Positions 50,520 through 60,346 of a stretch of 64,000 bases of DNA are shown piece by piece; the first letter of the stretch is position 1, and every line of letters begins with the position of its first letter. Source of the DNA: Mustelus asterias (Eukaryota); NCBI RefSeq assembly GCF_964213995.1, contig NW_027590139.1, forward strand, positions 1,054,001-1,118,000. Direction: 5' to 3'. Made by a program: the position numbers and the translations under genes. The notes beneath the pieces are model-generated. The model made no database searches. It had not been told where the DNA came from and saw only the letters and a list, made by a program, of their open reading frames with translations.

Positions 50520-51509
50520 GGTGCTGGTGCCCTTGTGTTTCTCCAGGTTGGATGATCAGTTCAAGCCTCATCCACACACACAACATACACGTAGTTTCAC
50601 CCTGCTGTGAACTGTGATGTTTTTTCAGGCTGTGTAACTGGTTAAAGCTCTTTCCACATTCAGTTCACTGGAACACTCTCACTCGGGTGTGTGTTTGTCT
50701 CGATGCTTTTCCGGTCATACTGATGTTTAATTTCTTTGCCCACAGGCAGAACAGACAAATATTTCTCTTTCTATATTCAAAGACCAATGATATTCAGCTC
50801 CGAAGGAACTGAATGACTTTGTCAGATGTGATGTCCGGTTTGAGTTTTCTGTCTGCCAATCTTTCACTTCCAATATCCTGTAAAAACAGTTTAGAAAAGT
50901 CATCACTGTCAGAACACGATACAAACTCTGAACAGACAATTCTAGTTTCTCTGGAACATTTTTTCCTTTCTTGTTCCCCCAAATCAGTAAATCCCCATCC
51001 CACACACTCTCCCTCCTCCCTGGGCTGAAATCCAAACCCATCTCACCATTTCTTTCCTCCACTCCCAGTTTTCTCCCTCCCTCTCCTCTGTCTGGGGTCA
51101 GTTCTCCAGCTGCTGTCTGCAGACTGACAATAAAACCAATGGGTCTTACTGGGGGTGTTGGGGCCTCCAGCGGGTGTTTGTGAATCCTCCCCGCCCACCT
51201 CCCAGGGTTTCCTTCCTTCCCAGAGATCAGAGTCCTCATTGATTTGAGGCCAAAGTGTAACCTCTTATTTATTGTCCCCCTCCCCCATCCTCTGATGTGA
51301 ACCATCCTCCAGTGGCTGAGCCAGGATGGGGCCGTTAACCTGGGCCTGTTCCCGGGAGGGAGGGAGGGAGAAGCCCCGCAGCTGCAAACCAGGGAGCTGA
51401 CAATGATTCTGAAGGGTTTGCGGATCCACAAAGTGTTTCCAAATCCTCCCAGCCACCGCCTAACGCTGACTCCGCTTCTCCGGGACAAACAAGCGCCAAG
51501 GACAGCAAT

Positions 51510-51937
51510 GACACTGCGCATGCTCCACATCACAATGCCCGGGGGCTGATTGACGGCAGTTCCGGACCAATAGGAAGAGGGGGCGGGTCTGGAGGACCGA
51601 GCGGGAGCGGCTGGTCCTCCAACCAATCGGAGTGAATGAGGGGCGGGACCTGAAGCATGCGCAGTGCGGGTAATGGCGACGGACAGACGGACGGTTTTCA
51701 TGTGGAAGCGAGATCAATACGAGGTAGAGGGCGGCGCGCGGGGAATGATAAATGTGGCGGGTGGGTGGAGAGACTTTGTAAACATGTTGTTCAAACCCAA
51801 ACCCCGGAAATGAACTTCCCGGTCCCCCCCTTTGTACCAAATGGAGCTGCAGCTTGTAGTGTTAGACCCGGGCTGACTGCCGCCATTGAGGCTGCATGTG
51901 GGAGGCCGGCAGGGATTGTGATCGGAGAGTGAAGCCC
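51510..51937. promoter_or_regulatory. Copy of the ZNF CpG promoter module (gene H)
   Basis: Near-identical to 2620-3050. Confidence 0.75.
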
Positions 51938-52049
51938 TGACGTCACAATGGAATGGGTGAGAGTGTGACGTCACAATGGAATGGGTGAGGGTGTGATGTC
52001 ACAATGGAATGGGTGAGGGTGTGACGTCACAATGGAATGCGTGAGGGTT
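51938..52049 (+). repeat. 28-bp CRE minisatellite, 4 units
   Basis: Read directly. Confidence 0.9.
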
Positions 52050-52096
52050 CCAGATGAGCTGAGACTGGGCTGGAGTCGGGCGATGGCACTGACATG

Positions 52097-53880
52097 TGGC
52101 CCGGTGGCACAGTGGTTAGTGCAGCTGCCTAACAGCGCCAGGGACCCGGGTTCAATTCCAGCCTCGGGTCGCTGTCTGTGCAGAGTTTCTACATTCCCCC
52201 TGTGTCTGTGTGGGTTTCCTCCGGGTGTTCCGGTTTCCTTCCACAGTCCAAAGGGCCCTGGCAGATATATTTAAAATGTTGGTATCCACGGGTGAGGTGC
52301 CGAATGATTGGAGGATAGCTCATGTTGTTCCGTTGTTTAAAAAGGCTCAAAAAGTAATGTGGGAAATTATAGGCTGGTAACTTTGATGTCAGTAGCAGAT
52401 AAATTATTGGAAGGAGTACTAAGAGATAGGATCTGCAAATAGTTGGATAGACAGGGACTTATTAGGGAGAGTCCAGCTTTGTGCGTGGTCGGTCATGTTT
52501 AACCAATCTATTAGAGTTTTTCGAGGAGGTTACCAGGAAAGTGGATGAAGGGAAGGCAGTGGATGTTGTCTCCATGAACTTCAGTAACGCCTTTGACAAG
52601 GTCCCACATGGGAGGTTAGTTAGGATGGTTCAGTCGCTAGGTATACATGGAGAGGTAGTAAATTGGATTAGACATTGGCTCAATGGACGAAGCCAGAGAG
52701 TGGTAGTGGAGGATTGCTTCTCTGATTGGAGGCCTGTGACGAGTGGTGTGCCACATGGATCAGTGCTGGATCCATTGTTGTTTGTCATCTATATCAATGA
52801 TCTGGATGATAATGTGGTAAATTGGATCAGCAAATTTGTTGTTGATACAAAGATTGGAGGGGTAGTGTTTAGTGAGGAAGGTTTTCAAAGCTTGCAGAGG
52901 GATTTGGACCAGCTAGAAAAATGGGCTGAAAAATGGCAGATGGAGTTTAATGCAGACAAGTGTGAGGTATTGCACTTTGGAAGGACAAACCAAGGTTGAA
53001 CATACAAGGTAAATGGTAGGACACTGAAGAGTGCAGTAGAACAGAGGGATCTGGGAATACAGATACATAATTCCCTAAAAGTGGCGTCACAGGTAGATAG
53101 GGTTGTAAAGAATGCTTTTGGTACATTGGCCTTTATAAATTAAAGTATTGAGTAGAAGAGATGGAATGTTATGATGAGGTTATATAAGACATTGGTGAGG
53201 TTGAATTTAGAGTATTGTGTGCAGTTTTGGTCACCTAATTACAGGAAGGATATTAATAAGGTTGAAAGAGTGCAGAGAAGGTTTACAAGGATATTGCCGG
53301 GACTTGAGAAACTGAGTTACAGAGAAAGGTTGAATAGGTTAGGACTTTATTCCCTGGAGTGTAGAAGAATGAGGGGAGATTTGATAGAGGTGTATAAAAT
53401 TATGATGGGTATAGATAGAGTGAATGCAAGCAGGCTTTTTCCACTGAGGCTAGGGGAGAAAAAAACTAGAGGACATGGGTTAAGGGTGAAAAGTTTAAAG
53501 GGAATATTAGGGGGGACTTCTTCACGCAGAGAGTGGTGGGAGTGTGGAATGAGCTGCCAGATGAAGTGGTGAATGCGGGCTCACTTTTAACATTTAAGAA
53601 AAACTTGGACAGGTACATGGATGAGAGGGGTGTGGAGGGATATGGTCCAGGTGCGGGTCAGTGGGACGAGGCAGAAAAATGGTTCAGCACAGACAAGAAG
53701 GGCCAAAAGGCCTGTTTCTGTGCTGTAATATTCTATGCTTCTATGTGCCCGTTAGAAAGATTGGCCATGATAAATTGCCACTTGCTATCAGGGGGTTAAC
53801 AGGGAAATATGTGGATAGGGCCTGGATGGGATTGTTGTCGGTGCAGGCTCAATGGGCTGACTGGCGTCCTTCTACACTGT
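52097..53880 (+). mobile_element. HE1-like SINE (52097-52252, 53745-53880) interrupted by a CR1 LINE (52255-53725)
   Basis: SINE head, then CR1 RT motifs (ORFs 52481..52999 and 53171..53572), then SINE tail. Confidence 0.8.
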
Positions 53881-54309
53881 ATTTTATTATTCATTATTAT
53901 TAATTAATTACTATTAATGATTCTTTGAATGAAGGTGGTCTTGATGATGATGTGGACATGTGGCTGGAAGCTCATCTTGGGATGAACTATTTCACCCTGG
54001 TTGTGAACAGCCTGGTTCAGCCTCAGACAGTTGCCAGGAGGAGAGATAAAGTTGTTGGCGAGGGAGTGGAGTTTGTAGTGGGGACTGAACACAATGGGTT
54101 CAGTCTTCCCAGTATTTATATGAAATAAATTTCTGTTCTTTCAGTACTGGATGTCAGACAAGTCAGGATGGTGTGTGAGTTGGAGAGGAACTTGGAGCTG
54201 ATGGTGTTCACAGGGTTTGGAAATTCTGTCAAAGTTCCTGTTGAGTTGTAGATGTATAAAATATCTCTCCTCACCTCCGGCCTCTCCTAATTCTCTCTGT
54301 TTCCACTCA

Positions 54310-54699
54310 GAGTGTGGAGATGCCGGCGTTGGACTGGGGTAAGCACAGTAAGAAGTCTCACAACACCAGGTTAAAATCCAACAGGTTAATTTGTTAGCAT
54401 AAGCCACTAGCTTTCGGAGCGCTGCCCCTTCATCAGGTGAGTGGGAGTTCTGTTCACAAACAGGGCACAAAGACACAAACTCAATTTACAGAATAATGGT
54501 TGGAATGTGAGTCTTTCCAGGTAATCAAGTCTTAAAGGTACAGACAATGTGAGTGGAGAGAGGGTTAAGCACAGGTTAAAGAGATGTGTATTGTCTCCAG
54601 CCAGGACAGTTAGTGAGATTTTTCAAGCCCAGGCAAGTGGTGGGGGTTACAGATAGTGTGTCATGAACTCAAGATCCCGGTTGAGGCCGTCCTCATGTG
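54310..54699 (-). mobile_element. Penelope pLTR (solo/truncated)
   Basis: Reverse complement of the ~30590-30978 sequence family. Confidence 0.85.
54405..54439 (-). ncRNA. Minimal hammerhead ribozyme motif with canonical CUGAUGA core
   Basis: CAC CUGAUGA A GGGGC-AGC-GCUCC GAAA GC UA GUG. Confidence 0.8.
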
Positions 54700-54926
54700 T
54701 GATTGACAGATCCATGCTCACTGCTTCTTGCCCTGGATGCAGAGAGCTGAAAATTTCCATGCAGGCTGCCAGACAGATAAATGTCTACATTACTGGAGTA
54801 GAAATGTGTGGAATATACAGACCGAATTCACTTCGTTCCCTTCAGTTGCTGCAAGTCCCCAATTTCCCCCAGAATGAGAAAAGAAATGGAAAGGGGGAAA
54901 CATTGATTTCCCCCCAGATGTTGCCC

Positions 54927-55405
54927 AGAGGAGGAAGATTCACTCTGAAGCTCATTGGACAACTTCCACATTGTGATGTCACAATGGAGCCCTGCCTGAG
55001 TCAGCCAATAGGAATCACTGTGCTCCGCGGTGACGATTCCAGGTTCCAGTGAGCAGGCCCGGGCGGGTGGACCCTGGAGCCCCGCCCCCACCCATTGTTC
55101 CCCTCCCCCTGCACCTCCTCGAGCCAAGGTTTCCAGGCAACCGGCTGACGGCTCCGGCCAGAGCGAGAAGCCGCTCGGTGAGCTCCCCCTCCGCCCGGCC
55201 CGGGACTGCGCATGTCCAAGGGAGGGGGAAGCTGCACATGTGCGGGGGAGAATCCACCCTCTGATCTTCATGCTGAGGTGTTGACCAATGGGAAGAGTTG
55301 GAGGACCGGAAGGACTCTGGTTTTCCAGCCAATCAGAGCGCGGGCTTTGTGTGAATGAAGATTGATCTTCAGACAGACTCAAACCTCCTCCTGTCTCCGC
55401 ATCTG
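54927..55405. promoter_or_regulatory. CpG bidirectional promoter module (homolog of 3165-3497)
   Basis: Multiple CCAAT boxes and TGCGCATG. Ends at CCTCCTC...CATCTG first-exon-like motifs on both sides. Confidence 0.65.
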
Positions 55406-55407
55406 AG

Positions 55408-57299
55408 GTCCCGGCTGACCTGCGGAGGATGCGAGAATGCCAGGCGGTATACTCCGCCGCGTCCTCTGCCAGGATCAACTGGGCTAAGTGCTCCGGACTC
55501 CTTGTCGGTCCTTGGGAGACGGAGCTCAGGCCTTTCACCTGGAGCAGGACCAACCTCCTCTACTTGGGGGCCCATCTCTGTCCAGCCGAGGAATCCTGGC
55601 CGGCGAACTGGCGGGAGCTGGAGGCCAAAGTCTCCGCCCGCCTGAGTCGCTGGACAGGACTGCTCCGAGTGCTGTCCTACGGGGCGCGAGCCCGCGTCAT
55701 AAACCAGCTGGTCGCCTCCATGCTGTGGTACCGGCTGGTCCCTTTGACCCCTCCCCTGGCTTTGTCACCGATATCCAGAGAACCCTCCTGCGGTTCTTCT
55801 GGGACAATCGACTGCACTGGGTCCCTGCTGCGGTCCTGTATCTCCCGCTTGAGGAGGGCGGACAAGGTCTGGTGTGCCTTCGCACTCAGATAGCGACCTT
55901 CCGTCTCCAGGCCCTGCAGAGGTACCTTTACGTTGAGCCCCCTCCACAGTGGTGTGCCATGGCGACGTATTTCTTCCGCCAGTGGCACGGCCTCAATTAT
56001 GACGTGCAGCTCCTGCATATCGAACTGGGGCGTGCTCCGACCACCCTGCAGGAGTTGCCCGTCTTTTACCAGGACCTCCTCACTGTCTGGAACAAGGTCG
56101 CCTCGCAACGCAGCTCCCCGCCCCCCCCTGTCAGGAGTAACGGCTCTCGTGCGAGAGCCGCTGCTCAGGAATCCGCTCCTCCAGCCGTATAACTTCAGGT
56201 GGCTGGCGGAGAGGGGGGCTGTGGACGCCGGGGTGACCAGAATCGGGGACGTGCTCGATGGCGGAGGGGCGGGCTGGATGAGTCCCCGCGTGCTGGCTGA
56301 GCGCGCGGGGACGTCCGTCTGGCGCGCGGCCAAAGCCATCCTAGACCTTAGGACGGTCGTGCTCGGCCCCGAAACTGCACGCAAACTGGAGACGGCGCAG
56401 GCGTGCGGTGGGATCCCGCCCGAGCGTTCCCCTGTTCAGGCAGAATTCCACATTGGCCCAAAACCTCAACCCCCCTCCCTGGGTGAGGTGCCCCACAGCC
56501 TGAGCCGCCTCGCGGAAATGTCCTCCGTGCCTTTTTCTACCGCGCGGAGGCGTTTCCTGTGCGGGCTGCTGCTGCACACCTTCCACTACCGCCTCCTCGC
56601 CTGTCGCCCGGATACACCTTGGCGGGCCTTGTTGCCGCCGGGCGGCGGAGGTCCCCGCTGGAGGTCCCTCTACGGAAGGATCTCCCCCAATTACGTCGGG
56701 GACCTGGGGTGGAGGGTGATGCATGCAGCAGTGCCGCACAACCGTAGGATTCACTGGTTCACGGGCTCCGAAGACTGCCCTTTCTGCGGCCTTGTGGAGT
56801 CCGTGGACCATGTCTATGTTGTGTGTCTTAGGCTGCACTCCCTTTATGTTTTCCTGAAGAACCTTTTGTTGATGTTTTGTCTGCACTTCAGTCCCACGCT
56901 CCTGATCTACGGACACCCGGTGCAGAGAGGGGAGGGTCGGGATGGCGACCTCCTCGTGAACCTGCTCCTGGGCCTGGCGAAACGCGCCATTTACCGGTCC
57001 AGGCAGCGGGCGATCGAGGGGGCCGTCCATCCTGACTGTCTGCCCCTCTACCGCGGCTACGTTCGCGGCCAGGTGTCCCTGGAGAGGGAGCATGCGGTGT
57101 CCACGGGCGTGGTTGATGCTTTCCACGCCCGCTGGGCACCGCAGGGGTTGGGGTGCATTATTGACCCTGATAATCACATTTTAATTTGATGTTTTTAAGT
57201 TTCCTTTGTACTTTGATTTCTGTTCGGGCTGTTCCCCCTCCTTCTGGGGAGCTGCCCCTTTTACTTTGTCCTGATTTAACCTGAGTTTGTTTATTTGGT
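55408..57299 (+). mobile_element. Tx1-like non-LTR retrotransposon, copy 3 (longest)
   Basis: YSAASSARINWAKC, YLG, INQLVASMLWY, EGGQGL, zinc knuckle, 3'UTR. Two frameshifts. Confidence 0.85.
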
Positions 57300-57437
57300 C
57301 CTCCAGCCAATCAGAGCTCCCCATTGTCTGAATGCGGAAGTTGGTTGGCCAATGAGCTTCAGACCAAACCTCCTCCTCTCGGCAACATCTGTGAGGAAAT
57401 CCAAAGGTGTTCTGTCAGTATATTAAGAGCAGGAGGT

Positions 57438-57476
57438 ATCGCTTCTCGGCCTTTTGGCTAAGATCCAGTGTAGTAT
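57438..57476 (+). ncRNA. U2 snRNA 5' fragment (nt 1-39), pseudogenic/chimeric
   Basis: ATCGCTTCTCGGCCTTTTGGCTAAGATCCAGTGTAGTAT is 38/39 identical to the vertebrate U2 5' end as recalled. The following sequence is not U2. Confidence 0.85.
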
Positions 57477-57554
57477 TGACATGCTGTGCTTGGTTGAAGT
57501 CATTTGGTTACATTTTAGCTTAATTTGAAGCAATTTTTACAAGCGGCATCTCGG

Positions 57555-58272
57555 AATGCACAATGAATAGTCAGATCCTCGGAGGTACAGAGGATCAGAG
57601 GGACCTTGGTGTGGATGATCATAGATCTCTGAAGACAGTCGGACAGCTACATAAGGTGGTTCAGAAGGCACGTGGGATACTTGCCTTTATTAACCAAGGC
57701 ATTGACTATAAAGGCAGGGAGGTTATGATGGAGCTGTATAAAACACTGGATAGGCCACACCTGGAGTACTTTGTGCAGTTCTGGTCGCCACACTATGGGA
57801 AGGATGTAATTGCACTGTAGAAGGTGAAGAGGAAATTCCCCAGGGTGTTGCCTGGGCTGGAGTGTTTCAGCTATCAAGGTAAACTGGATAGGCTGGCGTT
57901 GTTTTTCTTGGAGCAGAGAAGGGTGAGGGGACCTTATTGAGGTGTATAAAATTCTGAGGGGCACAGATGGAGGGGGACAGGAAGGAACTTTTCGCTTTAG
58001 TAGAGGGGGCAATAACCAAAGGCATGGATTTAAGTTCAGGGGCAGTAGGTTTATAGAAGATGTGAGGAAAAACCTTTTCACTCAGACGGTGGTGGGAATC
58101 TGGAACTCACTGCCTGAAACATTTAAGAAGTATTTAGATGAGCTCTTGAAATGCCATAGCATACAAGGTTACGCACCAAGAGTGGAAAATGGGATTAGAA
58201 TAGAAAGGTGTTTGATGGTCGGCGCAAACACGATAGGCTGAAGAGCCTCTTTCCATGCTGTCAAACTCTATG
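57555..58272 (+). mobile_element. CR1-like LINE 3' fragment
   Basis: QRDLGV, RPHLEY.VQFWSP, WNSLP. Confidence 0.85.
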
Positions 58273-58433
58273 ACCACCCTCACAGGCAGCAAGTTCAAGA
58301 CTATCATCAGTCACAACCCCCTGTATCTTCACTAACTGAAACAATCCATTTAAAACATTCTTAGTCGAGGAATATAGTCATATTTCTGTTCGGCCGGAAG
58401 CCTGCATGGAGATTTCCAGCTCTCTGTGTCCAG

Positions 58434-58499
58434 GACAGGAAGCAGTGAGCATGGATCTGTCAATCAGCCTCAATCAGCACCTTCAGGAGAATTGGGAGG
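58434..58499 (+). other. Putative 66-nt mini-exon of gene I with uORF start (ATG 58451)
   Basis: CTCTCTGTGTCCAG acceptor, GTGAAT donor, 168-nt intron to TTTTACAG at 58667. Confidence 0.6.
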
Positions 58500-58997
58500 G
58501 TGAATATTAGATACAGCGGAGTGAGAATGGAGGGAGAGTGTGTGGGATGGAGATTTACAGCTTTTGGGGAATGAGAGAAGAAAGAATGTTCCATAGAAAC
58601 TAGAATTGTCTGTTCTGAATTTCTATGCTGTACTGACTGTGATGAATTTTTCAAACTCGTTTTACAGGATATCAGAAGGTGAGGATTTACAGACAAAAAC
58701 TCAAAACAAACATCACATCAGCATTCAATTTATCGGGACCTGAATATCACTGACCTTTGATTCTAGAAGGTGAAATGTTTCTCTGTTCTTTCTGCTTCAG
58801 AAGATTCTCAACATCAGCGTGACTGGAAAAGCACTACGAGTGAGAGTGTTCCAGTGCACTGAGTGTGGAAAGAGCTTTAACCAGTTACACAGCCTGAAAA
58901 TACATCACAGCATTCCCAGCGGGGAGAGATTATACTCGTGTTCTGTGTGAGATTTAACTGATTGTTTAACCTGGAGAGTCACAAGGACACCCGAACC

Positions 58998-59756
58998 ATG
59001 GAGAAACCGTGGAAATGTGGGGACTGTGGGAAGGGATACAATGCCCCATCAGAGCTGGAAACTCATCGACGCAGTCACACTGGAGAGAGACCATTCAGCT
59101 GCTCTGATTGTGGGAAGGGATTCACTCAGTCATCCCACCTGCAGAGACACCAGCGTGTTCACACTGGGGAGAGGCCATTCACCTGCTCTCAGTGTGGGAA
59201 GGGATTCACTCGGTCCTCCCACCTGCTGAGTCACAAAGTCACTCACACCAATGAGAGACCCTTTAAATGTACTGACTGTGGGAGTGGATTTAAAAGTTCT
59301 CGAGAACTGGTGTCCCACCAACGCACTCACAATGGGGAGAGACCGTTCAGCTGCTCTCACTGCACAAAGAAGTTTAGAACGACATTCCATCTGCGGGAAC
59401 ACCAGCGAGTTCATACTGGGGAGAGGCCATTCACCTGCTCTGTGTGTGGGAAGGGATTCACTCAGTTATCCATCCTGCTGAGACACAATCTCATTCACAC
59501 CAATGAGAGACCCTTTAAATGTTCTGACTGTGGGAGTGGATTCAAAAGCTCAGTGGATCTGATGTCCCACCAGCGCATTCACACTGAGGAGAGACCGTTC
59601 AGCTGCTCTCACTGCTCAATGAGATTTAAATGGTCATCTGCACTGCGGATACACCAGCGAGTTCACACTGGGGAGAGGCCGTTCGCCTGCTCTGTGTGTG
59701 GGAAGGGATTGACTCGGTTATCCAACCTGCAGAAACACCAACAGATTCACAAATGA
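58998..59756 (+). CDS. C2H2 zinc-finger protein I, 9 fingers, 252 aa, apparently intact
   Basis: ACCATGG start, MEKPWKC..., TGA at 59754, family 3'UTR follows. Confidence 0.85.
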   Translation: MEKPWKCGDCGKGYNAPSELETHRRSHTGERPFSCSDCGKGFTQSSHLQRHQRVHTGERPFTCSQCGKGFTRSSHLLSHKVTHTNERPFKCTDCGSGFKSSRELVSHQRTHNGERPFSCSHCTKKFRTTFHLREHQRVHTGERPFTCSVCGKGFTQLSILLRHNLIHTNERPFKCSDCGSGFKSSVDLMSHQRIHTEERPFSCSHCSMRFKWSSALRIHQRVHTGERPFACSVCGKGLTRLSNLQKHQQIHK

Positions 59757-59929
59757 TTATCGAGTTGGTTTCTGCTGTTAATCACATCCAGCACTGAACC
59801 ATGTTCATTCTGACAGTTGGTGAAGTGGAAGGTTGAAGGGTTTTCTTTCTGCTGGACTGGCCGGTTTCGCCCCTCTGCTTCCAATGAGCTGATGCTCTTT
59901 GAGCCTGGGAGAGCACATTTCCAATGAAA

Positions 59930-60346
59930 TAAGAACAAAGAAAATTACAGCACAAGAACAGGCCCTCCAAGCCTGCACTGATCATGCTGCCTGACTGAAC
60001 CACAACCCCCTACCCTTCCGGGGACCATATCCCTCTATTCCCATCCTATTCATGTATTTGTCCAGATGCCCCTTAAAAGTCACGATCGTATCCGCTTCCA
60101 CTACCACCCCCGGCAGCGAGTTCCAGGCACCCACCACCCTCTGTGTAAAAAATCTGCCTTATACATCTCCTTTAAACCTTGCCCCTCGCACCTTAAAGCT
60201 GTGACTCTTCCACTCTGGGAAAAAGCGTTTGACTATCCATTCTGTCCATGCCCCTCATAATATTGGAGACTTCTATCAGGTCGCTCCTCAACCTCTCTTG
60301 TTCCAGTGAGAACAAACCAAGTTTCTCCAACCTCTCCTCATAGCTA
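59930..60346 (-). mobile_element. CR1-like LINE 3' end
   Basis: Reverse complement of the 7160-7590 family sequence. Confidence 0.8.

Noticed and set aside
50727-51701. 324-aa ORF (and similar ORFs at 2174..2738, 35798..36427, 54828..55553) over the promoter modules
   Set aside because: GC-rich chance ORFs. The frame is not preserved between near-identical paralogs because the (GGGA)n length varies.
56341-57177. Long antisense ORFs over the Tx1 copies
   Set aside because: Typical of GC-rich coding sequence, and not consistently open among the three copies.
58639-58667. GTGATGA as a C-box of an intronic snoRNA
   Set aside because: It lies ~25 nt from the 3' splice site, with no downstream D box inside the intron.
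58810-58965. Conserved TGA codons in the leader fingers as selenocysteine/readthrough sites
   Set aside because: The leader frame is broken by different indels in different paralogs, one copy has TAA, and no SECIS was identified. An inherited nonsense lesion is simpler.
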